64,000 bases of DNA from the human T2T-CHM13v2.0 reference genome, Homo sapiens (GCF_009914755.1 NC_060933.1); one strand, 5' to 3'; positions 13,781-30,267 are shown, numbered from the stretch's first letter. Made by a program: numbers and translations. The notes: generated from the sequence alone by a model not told the origin.

Positions 13781-15526
13781 CATAGATGAGATGGAGTGGA
13801 TGTGAGAGGAAAGTGGAGGGAAGCATCCCAGTGGAACTGTACGAGGACAGTCCCTGCACTGCTGATGAGGTATTCCATGTCATCAGTGGGGGATCCCAGC
13901 CTCACACACACCTCTGTCCCTCTTCCCTGCATCCTTGTGGGGGAGAAGCTGGTCCATGCTGACACTAAAAATGCATTAAAAAGTTTTTAATGTTAAAGAG
14001 ACAATTATTCTGCCTACATTACCTTATTCAAGTGAGTTATGTAACCGAGGAACAGAGAGTAATTCGCAAACCCAAGCTTTCTGTTCTGCTGCAGCATAGT
14101 GTAGAAAAACAAGTGAAATTTAGCATAGTTCACTTGGCATCTGCTGCTTGGTATGAGATGCAGATTCATCACCACTGCAAGCTGAGCTGCTACCACATTA
14201 TTTCTTTTTGTTTCGAAAGGCCCACTGGTTATGAATGCAGGATGGCTGACAGGGAAGGCAATGTGGCTCCCTGGCAGCAGTGATGGAATTTTGCAAGCCA
14301 CTCAGGTCATCAGTACATTCTTTGAAGGCTGTTCACTAACTGGCTGGAGGCCCCCAGAAAGGCTGATGAAGGCAGGCCTGGGTCGGGAAGCTGTGCCTCC
14401 CAGTGTGCACATGCCTACCGGCCACCACAAAGCCAGCACTTTGGAGAAGGCTCTCAGGAAAATCTAGGAGACACCAGCTGCCTGTCATCTCTGCCCATCT
14501 TTCTCTATGTCTGCTCTGCACAAGTGTACTCAGCATCCAACCAACCTTACAATCTAATAGTTGCCACCATGAAAGATGGACATTCTGGAGGAGCCACCCA
14601 ACGTTGGTCACATTTGACTAGAACTTCAACCATGCAAGAATGTCCTGGGTGTTCAAATATTAAAAATATATATGTATTTCAAGGAGTGAGAATAGCATGT
14701 GCAATCATACAAAGGGGTAAAAGAGCAACGATACTTTACATTTTCATTAAGCTTTAACTAAGATAATATTGATAATTAATCCTAGAAATGTAGGCAAGTG
14801 ACAGGTGGCAAAGGTCCTTTACTACATAGACTGTATGCTGCACAAAGGAGTTGCATCCTATGAACTACTCTTTTGGAAAATTCATGTCATGTATCCAAAA
14901 CTTCTCAGCATGTTATAAGGACCACTCATGTTAGGGGCAACTTAATTAATGGCTAGAAGAAGAAGCTCCTGTCAAAACAGACTCTGAAAAGGGATTGGAA
15001 ATGTTGACATATTGTCTTCACCCTCAATCACACAAAACAATTTCTTTCATTGGCTTGCCAAGGTATAAAATTCTATTAAGTCAAGAGTCATTCTTTTTTT
15101 ACTTTATTTCTATAAATGTTCCCTCAATGCCTTCAGCAGGGCCAAGACTCAGAGAGCATCATTAGCTAACAACTTAGTGGATAAATCGATGACTCCTGAA
15201 GGAAAGCAAATTAACTCCTGGAGTCAGGAAGGACCACTGAGGAATGACAGAGACATTGGGACCACTCTTCAGTTTGACCGAGGACCAGGCTTGATTGCTC
15301 TTGTTTATGGTGGGAACTGCATCATTGCACTGAAAATGCCTTGTAGTGCTGTTATTTAATACCGCAGTGTGCCATTATCCTTAAGCTACACCAGAGTGAA
15401 ACTGCAGGAAACACGATGATATAAAATTATAATGTAAGTCCTATCCTTGACAAGGGGAAAAATGACAACACTCTGTTTCTTCATATTAATGCCTTCTTGT
15501 AACTTCTCATGTTTTAAGTTCTTTAA

Positions 15527-15584
15527 GTTTGTAGCTTGAAACATTATTTAAATCAGCAATTGTCTAGATGAGAAAATAAGTCAT
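15527..15584 (+). repeat. 58-bp dispersed direct repeat, copy 2
   Basis: 57/58 identical to 12474-12531. Confidence 0.95.
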
Positions 15585-16133
15585 TATATAAAACCTGGAA
15601 GTCTGCCAAATACGTGTATTAGTCAGGGCTTAGTTGCAGAAGACAGAATCTACTTCAGCTAGTTTCAGTAAGAAAATAAGTATTACGGGAAAGCAAATAG
15701 CTTACAGGTTTGTTGGGAGGGCCCAAGAGATAGATTCTAGATCAGAAGCCCTCCATCCCTCTGCATGAGTATCCACCGAAGAGAGGTGCTGAATTCACTC
15801 CCAAAGTGTAAAATAGTAGCCACCTGGGGCACAGATGGCGGGATTCATACAACCCCTCCAGGCAACTCTGGTTTGTAGCCAGGCTGAGAACTACTGCTCT
15901 AGGTTGAACATTCAGGATTCCAAGAATCACACTCAAGTCAGGCCAGCAGGGGAGCTGCTGCGGCTTCTACACGAGGGCATTGCTGGTTCCATATCATGCT
16001 ATCATCATGAGCAGCCTCACACAGATCTCAGCCTTTGATCCTACCACCAGCTCCAGCATGAACTGAACTAACAAAGTAGATTTCTTGTGTCTTGACATCT
16101 GAAAGCTAGTGAATGGATAGTAGAACTCAATTA

Positions 16134-17307
<1,174 letters not shown>

Positions 17308-19741
17308 TATTGCTAACACAGGGAAAAAAGGACACATACACACACACACACACACACAAACAAAAAACAGATGTCTTCATGACCAAATGCAGTCAAAACA
17401 GTAGAATCAGCGGAAATACAGCTTCACTTTCCCCTTCCAGATCTGAAGTGAGCACAACTTTTTAGCTGAACTGAAATCACCTACAGCTCCCTAACTGCAA
17501 GGAAGCCTAGAAAATAACATTTTTTGGCTTTTCACCCTCTGCAGTTCAAGAAAGAACAATAGAAAGAGTGAAGTGGAGGCTGAACACCAGGCTACCTTTA
17601 ATTTACTTATGGGGTAAATAATTAACATAAAGATCGTAATTTTGAACGAGGTTTACCCTTGTACATCAGGAAATAGAATTGTTTAAAATTATCATCCTCT
17701 TTCCACTCCACTATGAGTTTGGAAGTTCTCACTCCAATCCTCACATCAAGAAAAAACTTCCAAAATGGATTAACAACAATTCTCCATAAATGGTCTAGAA
17801 ACTAGAAGGTCTACTGCGTGTCAAAAGATGAAAAGACAGGTGATATGGAGAGTCATAGCTTACCAGGACCACAGACATCACTGGAGCCAGAAACTGCAAA
17901 GGGCACTTCAACAGCAACTGGAAAATTGCAAGAGGCTGAAATAAATACTAGCTTGAGAGTTAAAACTTTCCTGGGGTAGGCAGGGGCACCGCGCTGTTGT
18001 GACCAAGCTCTCATGGTAAAGGTGGCAGAAAAATCCTCTTATGCTTCAGGCAGGGCACGGGGAAAAGCAACCATTCTGAGATAGCACCAGAGCTTCCTAC
18101 TCTCAGAGGCGGGAGTTTGCCCACCGGGAAAATACTTTGCTGGAACCTTACTCACCTAGGGGGAGTGCAGTGGGAAGGGATGTCTCAAGCCCTCTCTGGC
18201 CTTGGCCTTTCTAGTTTACATAAGGGGATAAAAAGACTAGGAAATGTCTCTGAAGGTCACAATCCAGGGACTTAGGCATACTAAAAAAACAGACATTTAA
18301 TGAGGAGATTACAGAATCCTTCTTAACCTTTCCAACATCTTACCATCGTTATCAACAGAACTCCAGTAAAGTAACTGCGGGTTACAAATGAGAGAGCTGC
18401 AAGACACGAACTCTACTTAAGATAGAATTTTTAGGAAAACCCAAAGGCAACAGAGGAGATCAAAACAGGGAAACTAAAGGAAATGGAAGCCTCTTACGTC
18501 TATATCTAAAGCAAACTTTAAACACAGCCTAACTCCTACCCAGATAAACATAAAACCTCACAATAATGGCCTGTTAACCTGAGCTCCTATTACTGTATCC
18601 ATCATTTCCAGCTTCAACATAAGAAAAAACTGTGAAGACCCAAAGCAAATATCAAAACCAAACTTACAGCTAGGAGAGATTTTAGAATTATCAGACGAGA
18701 AATATAACTATCATTAATATGCTAAGGACTCTAATAAAAAGAAGTGAGCATCATGTAAGAACAGACTTGTAGTGCAAGCAGTTGGGTGAAGACACTAAGG
18801 AATCAAAAGAATGCTAGATATCAAAAACAATGTCAAAGAAATGGAGAATGCCTCTGATGGGCTCATCAGTACACTTGAGAAGATCAAAGAAAGAATCAGT
18901 GAGCTTGAAGATATGCCAATGGAAACTTCCCAAACTAAAGTGCAAAGAGAAAAAAAAAAGATGAACAGCAATAAGATAACACACAGTATATCCAAGAACT
19001 GTGGGACAATTATAACATGCATAATGGGGATATCAGAAAGAGAAGAATGAAAGTAAGGAGCATAAGAATTTTTGAAGTAAGAATAATGGCTGAGAGTTTT
19101 CCAAAATCAATGACAGACACCAAAACAGGGCACTCAGGGCTTAGGATGGTCAGAGAACACCAAGAAGGATTCATAGCAAGAAAATCTACATTTAGGTATA
19201 TTATATTTAAACTGAAGTAAGCCGAAGAGAAAAAGAAAATATTGAAAGAAACCAGAGGTGAGATAAAGAACCTTACCTACAGAGCAACAAAAATAAGAAT
19301 GATATCAGAAGCCATGAAAGCAAGAAGAGAGTGGAGTGAAATATTTCAAGATTTGAGGGAAAAACTATCGACTGAGAATTCTGTATCTGGTATAATTGTT
19401 CTTCAAAAGGAAAGTAAAATGAAAAATAACATAAAAATAAAAAGTAAAGGAAAAAGACATCCCAAGACAAACAAATGCTGAAAGAATTTGTCACTAAAGA
19501 TCTACCTTGGAAGAAATGTTAAATTCTTTGGAAAGAAGAAAAATGATATAGGTCAGAACTCATATCTACATAAAGAGAGAAAGAGAATTGAAGAAGAAAC
19601 AAGGTAAAATAAAGATCTTTAGTTTTTCTCATTCTTAACTGATCTAATAGATAGTGGTTTGTTCAACATTATAGTATCAACAATACATTGTGTAATTATC
19701 GCTTATGTGTAAATAAAATGAATGACAGCAATACCGTAGGG

Positions 19742-19926
19742 CAAGTTTGTCCAACCTGTGGCCCAGGACAGCTTTGAATGGCCCAACACAAATCTGTAAA
19801 CTTTCTTAAAACATTATGAGATTTTTTGTTTATCAGCTATTGTTAGTACCAGTGTATCTTATGTGTGGCCCAAGACAATTCTTCTTCCAGTGTGGCCCAG
19901 AGAAACCAAAAGATTGGACACCCCTG
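19742..19926 (+). mobile_element. MER30 (hAT-Charlie)
   Basis: tgtccaac...ggcccaacacaaatctgtaaactttcttaaaacattatgag...aaaagattggacacccctg; strand nominal. Confidence 0.9.
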
Positions 19927-20758
19927 CTAGAGGGGGTAGAAAGGAGGACTTGGGAATACTCTGTTGGAAGTTACCTGCACTACCTGTGAAGCAGTATAAT
20001 GTTGAGAATTATTACATTTAGATTAGATGTAAATACATATTGCAAACTCTAGGGTAAATACTTAAAAATAAAACAAATATAATTGATACATTAAGAGGAG
20101 TTAAAATTGAATAGAAAAAAGCCAAAAAAAAAAAAAAAAAAAAACAGGGAAGACAAAAGAAAAAGAAAAAAAGGAACAGAAACAACAAATAGAAAACAGT
20201 TATAAGTATGGTATACATGAACACAACTACATCAACAATCACTTTAATGTGAATGATCTAAGGCATTCATTAAAAGATAGATAATCACAGATTTTATTTT
20301 AAAAAATACCCCAAAATGTAAATAGATTTAAAATTATGGCCATCCATCAACTGGATTTAATTGACATTGATAGAATTCTTTATGCAATAATAGCAGAATA
20401 CACATTCTTCTCAAATACATATGAAATAGTCACCAAAATAGAACATATTCTGGGCCACAAAATACATCTTAAAATTTTTAAAAGACTAGACATCAAATAA
20501 AGTATGCTCTAAGACCATAATGGCATAAAATTAGAAAACAGTAATAGAAAGATAGTTGAAAAATTCAAAAAATATTTAGAGATTAAATAACACACTAGTA
20601 AATAACACACAGTCAAGTAGTGGCAGAAGAATTTTTAAAAAATATTTTAAACTAAATGAAAGTGAAAATACAATTTGTGAAAATTTTGCATCACAGAAAG
20701 CAGTGTTTGGAGGGAAACATATCATTGAACGCATACATCAGAAAAGAAAAATAATTTT

Positions 20759-21065
20759 AGTCCGGGCGCAATGGCTCACACCTGTAATCCTAGCACTTTG
20801 GGAGGCCAAGGTGGGTGGATCACCTGAGGTCAGGAGTTCGAGACCAGCCTGGCCAAGATGGTGAAGCCCCATCTCTACTAAAACTTCAAAAATTAGCCAG
20901 GTGCGGTGGTACACACCTGTAGTCCTAGCTACTCAGGAGGCTGAGGCAGAAGACTTGCTTGAACTCAGGAGGTGGAGGTTGCAGTGAGCTGAGGCTGCGC
21001 CACTGCACTCCAGCCTGAGCGACAAAGTGAGACTCCATCTCCAAAAAAAAAGAAAAGAAAGAACA
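20759..21065 (+). mobile_element. AluSx-like
   Basis: Full dimer inside L1. Confidence 0.95.
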
Positions 21066-21869
21066 TAAGAATAATTTCAAAAATTGATAAATTAAGCTTC
21101 AGACTTAGGAACCTAGAGGAAGACAAATAATATAAACCTAAAGCAAGCAAGAAGAAAATAAATAATATAAATCTGAGCTGAAATCAATGAAATAGAGGTA
21201 AACACTAGAGAAAACCAATGAAACTAAAAGCTTCTTCTTTGCAAAGATAAATAAAATTGATAAACCTCTAGTTAGGCTAACAAGAAAAAAAATAGAAGAC
21301 TCAAATAACTAATATCATAAATACAAGAGGGAACCTTACTACAGATCCCATAACTGTTAAAAGGATAATAAAAATATCATGAACAACACTATTCCCACAA
21401 CCCTTAGGTAAAAGATGCAATTCCATGAAAAATGCAATGCACTTAAACTGATACAAGGAGAAATAGATAATCATAGTAAGCCTATATCTGTTTAAGAAAT
21501 GAGTCAATAATTAATAACACTTCAGAAAAGAAAGCACCAGGTCCAGTGGTTTTACTGGTAAATTCTACCAAACACTTACTTAAAAAAAGACATCAAATTA
21601 TCTACAATATTTTCCATAAAATAGAAGTAGAGAGGAACTTCCTAGCACATTGTATGGGGCAACTTAGTACCTTAGTACCAAAACTAGATACACATTTTGA
21701 GAAAGGAAAATTACAGATCAATATTGTTCGTGAATGTAAATGCAAAAATTACCTACAAAATATTAACAAACTGAATCTAGCAATGTATAAAAAAATTATA
21801 CATCATAACTAAGTGGGATTTATTTCTGGAATGCAAAAATGGTTTAACATATGAAAATTAGTCAACATA

Positions 21870-24390
21870 ATACAGAATCATGAGAAAAACAGAGTCAAGG
21901 AGAAAAACAAAACAAAACACACGATCACCTAAATGATATGGAAAAAGTATTTGACAACATTCAACATCCTTTAATGATGAAAAAACTTAAGAAACTAGGA
22001 ATAAAAGGAACCTATCTCAGCATAATAAAGGCTATGCAAAAAAACCCACAGCTAACATCATACTCAGTTGTGAAGAACTGAAAGTCTTCCCTCTAAGATC
22101 AGAAACAAGACAAGGATGCCTGCTTTTAGCACTTGTATTCAACACAGTACTGTAAGCCCCAGCCAGAAACAGTAAAATTATCTCTGTTTGCAGATGACAT
22201 GATCTTACATATAGAAAACACTAAAAATTCCACAAAAGACTTGTTGAAACTAATAAACAGAATCATCAGAGCTACAGGATATAAAATCAACACATAAAAG
22301 CAGTTTTGCTTTAATAGACTAACAAGGAACAGAAAAGAAAATTAAGAAAATGATTCTGTTTACAGCAACATAAAACTAGAATGAACTCTAAGGTAGCTAC
22401 AGAGTTGTACACTGAAAACTATACAACATTGCTGATGAAATTAAAGAAGACACAAATAAGTGGAAAGATATTCTGTATTTATGGACTGGAAGACTTAATT
22501 TTGTTAAGATGGCAATACCACCCAAAGTGATCTGCAGATTCAAAGCAATCCCTGTTAACATCCCAGAGGTGTTTTTGAAGAAAGGAAAAAAATCATCAAA
22601 AAATTCTTAAGGAATCTGAAGGATTCCAAAATATCTTGTACTGCCAAAACAATCTTGAAAAAGGAAAAAATGTGCAGTTTTCCTGATTCAAAACTTATTA
22701 CAAAGCTACGGTAATCAAAACAGTGCAGTACTGCCCTGAAGAGTCATATAGACAATTGGAGTAGAATAGAGAGCCCAGAATATAGCCTCGCTTAAATAGT
22801 CAAACGCTATTCCATAAGGATCCCAAGATCATTCAATAGGAAAAGAGAGGCTCCTCAAGAAATGGTATTGAAACCTGGATATTCACAGGTAAACAAATGA
22901 AGCTGGACTCTTATCTTAGATCATATACAAAAACTAATTCAAATAGATCAAGGACCTAAGCGTAAGACCTAAAACTATAAAACTCAGAAGAAAGCATAGG
23001 GGGAAAGTGATGTGACATTGAATTTGGCAATAAATTTTTTGGCCAAAAGCACAGACAAAAAAACTAAAAATAGATAAACTGGACTACACCAAAATGAAAA
23101 ACTTCTATGCATCAAAGGACTCATTCAGTAGACTGAAAAGGCAACCTGTGGCCTGGAAGAAAATATTTGCAAACTATATGTCAGATAAGGGGTTAATATC
23201 CAGAATACATAAAGAACTTCAACTAATCAACAATAAAACAAACAAGCAAATAACCTGATTTAAAAAATGGGCAAAGAGCTTGAGTAGATATTTCTCCAAA
23301 GAAGATATACAAATGGCCGATAGACATATGAAAAGATTATCATCACTAATTATTAGAGAAATGCAAATTAAAACCACAGTGAGATATCACCTCAGACTCA
23401 TTAAAATGGCTACTATCAAAAAACCAAAAACTTGGCCTGGTGCGGTGGCTCACGCCTGTAATCCTAACACTTTTGGGAGGCCAAGGCGGGCAGATCATTT
23501 GAGGTCAGGAATTCGAGACCAGCCTGGCCAACATGGTGAAACCCCGTCTCTACTAAAAATACAAAAATTAGCTGGGTGTGGTGGTGCATGCCTGTAATCC
23601 CAGATACTCAGGAGGCCAAGACAGGAGAATTGCTTGAACCCGGGAGGCGGAGCCAAGATTGCGCCACTGCACTCCAGCGTGGGCGACAGAGTGATACTCT
23701 GTCTCAAACAAACAAACAAACAAACAAAAAAAACACACACACACACCAAAAAACTCAGAAAATAACAAGTGGTGGTGAGAATGCATAGAAATTGGAAACT
23801 TGTGCACTGTCAGTGAAAAGCAAAATGGTGTACACCTGTGGGAAACAGTATAGTGATTCCTCAAAAAATTAAGCTCATATAATCCAGCAATCCCACTTCT
23901 GGGTACATATAAAAAAGAATTGAAAACAGGGCTCTGAAGAGGTGTTTGTACACCCAGTTTCATACCAGCATTATTCACAATAGCCAAGAAACAGAAGGCT
24001 TCACGTATCCATCAACAGATGAATGGGTAAACAAAATGTGTATATACCTAAAGAAATCCTGATACATGCGACAACATGGATAAATCTTGAGGATATTATG
24101 CTTAGTGAAATAAGCCAGTTGCAAAAAGATAAATAATGCATGATTCCACTTATATGTAGTATCTAGAGGAGTCAGGTTCATAAAAATCAAAAGTAGAGTG
24201 ATGGTGGCAGGGGGCTCAGGGAGGAGGAATTGGGGAATTGCTGCTTCATGGGTACAGAGTTTCAGTTTTGCATGATAAAAAAGATCTACAGATTGGCTGC
24301 ACAGCAACGTGAAAAAATACTACTGAACTCTACACTTAAAAAATCTATAAATAATACATTTATGTGTGTTATCACAATTAAAAATAAATA
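21870..24390 (+). mobile_element. L1MB2/3-like 3' half (RT region to 3'UTR)
   Basis: ORF2 DNA; 3'UTR gggtacagagtttcagttttgcatgat...gattggctgcacagcaacgtg...actgaactctacacttaaaaa; left boundary uncertain. Confidence 0.75.
23434..23730 (+). mobile_element. AluS with 11-bp internal deletion and (CAAA)n tail
   Basis: gggaggcggagccaagatt lacks gttgcagtgag. Confidence 0.95.
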
Positions 24391-25408
24391 GTAAAATATG
24401 TCATGTTAATAGAATAAAGGAAAACAGCCACATCAACTCAGTAGATGCAGAAAAAGGATCTGACAAAATTCAACATATTTTCAAGGTAAAAGCCCTCAAC
24501 AGTCTAGGATTAAAAATAAACTTCTTTAACCTGATAAAGTATATTTATGAAAAACTCACAGACAACACCATGCTTTTGGTGAATAACTGAATACTTTTCC
24601 TTTACTCTGAAGAAAAAGACAAGGATGTGCCCTCTCGCCACTTTTATTCAATATTATACTGAAATTTCTATTCAGGGCAATTAGGCAAGAAAAAAACTGT
24701 ATTTAGATTGGAAAAAAATAGGTAAAATTATGTTTAATTGCAGATGTATACAAGATGTATACAAGACATCTTGTATACAGAAAATCCTAAGGAATCCACC
24801 AAAAAATATTATAGTGAGTAAATTAGTTATAAATGTTGAAGGATAGAATCAGCTTATAGAATTCAATTATATTTTTGTACAATTTTTAAAAATCTGAAAG
24901 TAAAACTAAGAAAACAATTTAACTCACAATAGCATCAAAAAGAACAAAATGCTTAGAAACAAATTAAAAAGGGAAGGGCCCAACATACACTGAAAACTGC
25001 AAAACATTGTTAAAAGAATTAAATATGATCTAAATAAATGGGAAAGATATTCCAAATTTCATGGATTGAAAAAAATTGTTAATGTAGTACTATTCCTCAA
25101 CTTGTTCTACAGATTTATCACAATCCTTATAAAAATTCCAGTCAGCTAATGTTTGTTGAAGAAATTGAGCTAATAATAATGCCAGATGCACTTGAAATCA
25201 CATGAAAATGCTAGATGCACTTATAGCCAAAACAATTTTGAAAATTAAAAAAAAAAAACAGCTAGAGAAATCACACTTTCCAATTTTAAAATGTACTACA
25301 AAGCTACAGTCAGCAAGACTGTAGTATAAGTATAAGAATAGGCACGTATATCATTGAACTGAGAGAAACAAGCCCTAGAAATCAAGCAGTACATTTATGG
25401 GAGATTGA

Positions 25409-25726
<318 letters not shown>

Positions 25727-26307
25727 TGATTTTTGACAATCGTGCCAAGAAAATTCAATGGGGAAAAAATAGTCTTCTCAACAAATGGTGCTGGAACAAC
25801 TGGATATCCACATGCACAAAAAAGATTTGGGACTCTTCTCTCACATCATATGCAAAAATTTACTCAAAGTAGATCCTAGACTTAAATGCAGAAACTAAAC
25901 ATGTAAAACTCTCAGAAGAAAATTTAGGTGCAAATTTTAATAACTTAGGTTTAGGCAATGTATGACATAAAAAGCATAAGCATTAACAGAAAAAAATACA
26001 TACATTAAATTTATCAAAATTTTAAAAATTGTGCTGCAAATGACACCATTAAGAGAATGAAAAAATTATTGATAGAATGGAATAAAATTTTTGCAAATCA
26101 TATATCTGATAAGGTGCTTATAATCAAGAATATACAAAGAATTTTTACAAGTCAATGCTAAAATGTAAATAATCTAATTTAAAATGGGCAGAGGATTCGA
26201 AGAGACACTTTTTTTTCAAAGAAGGTACATAAATGACCTATATATACAACAAAAATATGCTCCAATCATTGGCTATCAGGGAAATGAAAATCAAAACCAC
26301 AATGAGG

Positions 26308-26357
26308 TTTGTGTGTGTGTGTGTCTGTGTGACAAGGCCTCACTCTGTTGCCCAGGG
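26308..26357 (-). mobile_element. ~30-bp Alu 3' remnant with (TG)n tail
   Basis: gacaaggcctcactctgttgcccagg following (tg)n. Confidence 0.7.
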
Positions 26358-27530
26358 TTGGTTAGGATTTGGAGAAATTGGAATCCTCTTATAATGTAAA
26401 ATAGTGCAAACACTTTGGAAAACAGTTTGGTGTTTTCTCAAAAGGTTAAACATAGAGTTACCATATGACCCAGCAATTCCACTCCTAGGTATATCCCTAA
26501 GAGAAAGGAAAATGTATTTATGTCCACACAAAAACTTAAGCACAGATGTTCAAGGTAGCATTATTCACAACAACTCAAAGTAGAAAAGCACTGCAACATT
26601 TACCAACTGAGGAATGACTAAAGAAAATGTGGTATATTCATGCGATGGACATTATTAATCAATTTGAAAAAGTACGAATACATGCTACAACATGGGTGAA
26701 TCTGAAAAATGTGCCATGTAGGGAAGCCAGTCACAAAAATCACCATATTGTATAACTGCAGTTACATGAAATTTCCAGAATAGACGAATCTACTAAGACA
26801 GAATGTAGATTAATGTTTGCCTGAGGAAATGGAGATTGACCGGTAATAATATAGGGTTTCTTTCTGAGGTGACAAAAATGATCTAAAATTGATTGGGGTA
26901 GTGGTTGCACAACTCAGTGAATATAATACAATCAATTTACCTGTAATTTTAAGGATGAATTTTATATTATGTTAATTATAACTCAGTGAAGCTTTTAAAA
27001 AAAGATAACATTTAGCTGTCAGGGCAAAATGAAGGCATTTTTATTAATGTAGGGATTCAGAGAGAATTCAGTTTGTGAATCTTATCCGAGAAAGATGCTT
27101 GAAGCTCTTAACCCAAATGTTAACTGGAGCAGAACAAATATGTCAAAACAGCAGTGGTTAATTAGCAAGCAGTGATGAGCACAGACTGTTACAATAGGTA
27201 CAGTTAGTAGATGGTGATGATGAGGCTGGGATTGAGGGGGAAAGATTCATTGCGGATTTCTGAAGTGAAACATATTATATGATAAAAGAATCTTAATAGT
27301 GGCTTGACACAAAAATATACCTCTTCAACCAATCTCAAGATTTACAAATGTACATGGTGGAATAAGTGAGGGCTCCTAATCAGAGTTCTTGCGTGGGGAA
27401 GAACAGAGAAGGGATAGAGTTTGAATGCTGCCTTTTGGTGGAAACAGAAATGTGTAATAAGGCATCTTAGTGAGTGGTCTGATAATTATTTATTTTTATA
27501 TTATTATAAAGAAATTGACTGTAAAGAAAC

Positions 27531-27819
<289 letters not shown>

Positions 27820-28086
27820 AAGAATGAAAATATTAATGCTGGTGGAACTGAAAAGCAGAGTTAGACTCAAAATGTAAAGGAGGAGGGAAAAGAAACACAA
27901 TGAACCCAACAAAAATAGGGCATGGGAGAAAAAAGGGAAACAAAGCATAACTGTTGTTATAAAATCATATGGACCAACTAAGGGTATCAGTTGTCACACT
28001 GCCTCAAGGCTTCTTCTGATTCGGGTTACAGTGCTGAATGCTTTATGCGTTAATGCATTCAGCACGTTTTACTGAGTATCGACGAT

Positions 28087-28352
28087 CAGCCCTGTGCATT
28101 ACAGCAGCCACAGGTCACCTGCAGCGTTTGAGTTCCAGAAACGTAGAGAGTCCAAATTGAGATAAGCTGTAAGTGTAAAATACACACTGGATCTCATTTA
28201 AAGAAATGTTAATATTGATTACACGTTAAAATGATAATATTTTGATATATATTAGGTTAAACAAGATATGTTATTTAAATAATTTTTTTTTAAAAAACTT
28301 TAAAAAATATTTTGTAGGAACCTTAAAATTACATATCTGGGGTTGAACAGTG
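28087..28352. mobile_element. MER33 (hAT-Charlie) within an antisense L2 fragment (~28050-28600)
   Basis: gtccaaattgagataagctgtaagtgtaaaatacacactggat...atattgattacacgttaaaatgataatattttg. Confidence 0.8.
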
Positions 28353-29764
28353 TGAATTCAAACACTTTTCTATGTGCCTGGACAAATAAGCTCCCTACAT
28401 TTAGGTGTTTTATATTTTAAACAAAGGAAACAGACAAAAACAAAGGAAATTAACAAGCTGGACCATTTAATATACTAAGTTGTATGATGAGAATAAAACT
28501 GTGTGGTATGACGGAAAGGTATGGAGTTGGTGCTTCTTTGGATAGAAAAGTTAAGAAAAGGGGGTGTCTCCGAGAAGGTGACATTGAGTTAAAATGAGAA
28601 GCCTGCAGAATCAGGATGCTCTCCAGCTGCTCTGGATATCGACCTGAGCCATTTGTAAAAGAGACCTGAAGTTTCAGTTTCTCTGTGAAGCCGTCATAGG
28701 GAATCCCCAGAAAGCTCAGGGGCGGGCTGAGGGCAGCCTGCAGTGCTGTAAGGACATCATGCTAGCACTTCAGGGCCAGCCTGAGGCAGGTCCCCTGCAC
28801 AACAGACACCTCCACCTGACACTGGAATGCTTCTGAGCCTACTGACGTTATGGCAGCTGAGTCAGGCAGAATGCAGCTCGTGTAGGACCTTTTGGCTCCC
28901 CTGTTCACCTCGTGTGTCATAGTTAAACACACACTCTCCACTAGATAAGTTAGGAGGTGTTTCTCAGAAGGAAAATAGCCATAACAACGAGTTTTGTTAA
29001 AAAAAAAAAAATTCTGGGGCCTTCCGCTGTGCTTTCCCATCAGAGCCTGCCCCAGCCACAGAGACAGCATCCTATTCTACTGGAACTCTTTCCCTCGGGG
29101 TCTGCTTGGGCCAAGTGACAGGGCTGAGTGGCACTGCAGTCTGACCAGCTGGAGAGCTCTTTCTTACCCAGGGAGATGCTCAAACCCTTCAGCCAGGCAG
29201 ACCACAGCGCAGCCAGCAAATGTGGAATTGGCTGCCTAGTAAATCCAGAGGCCCCCTTGTATCAGGCTACCTTCTCTGTGGCAGAAAGCATACAAGATTC
29301 TTACCTTTGCAGAGGATATTGGTATAAGTCCCAGACCACAGGACTCCCAATAAGCTCACTAACTCTTTTCATGTGATTTAGATGCTCCCTCTTAAAAAAA
29401 AACTTCAATTTTATCAGTGTAGGGTATCAACATGATAAACTGGGATGACGTAATCAAGGTCACACCAAGCTAAAGAGGCGATATATCCTTGAAAATGATA
29501 TGAGAAAAGCAAACTGCTGTCCTAGCTAGGCAAAAGTCAATTGGTTATGGTGTTTTGGGGATTTGCAGTAGGGGAGAAAATAGGCTCACTAAGTCCATAG
29601 CACCAGTTTAAGAGGCTTTAGTGATGGGATCCAGCAGCAAAGAAACACCACTGGAGGAGCCTATGGGAGGTTGTTCCTTTCTGGAGGCAGCCCAGGCTAA
29701 GGGATTACAGACACAGCTTCTCACCACCTGAGTTGAGTTCACTAGCGAGGCTTCGTTTAGACTT

Positions 29765-30265
29765 ATTCCTGTTTTTCAAGTTTTTGATAATTTTATAAAT
29801 GGTCTCTTTGCATTAAATTTTATTTTCTAATGATTTGTTGCTAGTATATAGAAACACAGTAGATTTGCATATATTCATATTATAACCTTAACAAATTTGC
29901 TTATTAGTTTGAGTAGACTATAGATTATTTTGAACTTTCTGCATGGAGTGATCCACATACAGAATAATGACAATTCTATTTATTCCTTTTCAGTTTTTAT
30001 TTTTTTTATTTCTATTTTCCTATGTCTCTTATCGTACTTGCTGGTATCTCCACTATAGAATTGAATGAAAATGGAAATAGCAGGCATTTTGGTCTTGTTT
30101 CTGGTCTTACAGGAAATGTTTTAAACCTTCTAATTATGTTTGCTTTAATTTTTATTTGCTTTTTAGATCTCCTGTATCCAATTAAGAAAGTTTCCTGCTA
30201 TTTCTAGTTTGTTAAAAGTGCTTATCACTAATGAACATTTTATTTTATTTTATTTTCTACATATT
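29765..30265 (-). mobile_element. L1ME ORF2 fragment
   Basis: ttctaatgatttgttgctagtatatagaaacacagtagattt; aattaagaaagtttcctgctatttctagtttg. Confidence 0.75.
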
Positions 30266-30267
30266 TT

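Larger units (their letters stand above)
17700..21870 (+). mobile_element. Ancient L1M: 5'UTR, decayed ORF1 and 5' ORF2
   Basis: ORF1 remnants KEMENASDGLISTLEKIKERISELED (18811-19050) and EAMKARREWSEIF (19242-19481); ORF2 EN-region DNA from about 20200. Confidence 0.85.

Noticed and set aside
18811-19481. L1 ORF1-like ORFs as an intact or domesticated gene
   Set aside because: Broken across frames by stops and frameshifts
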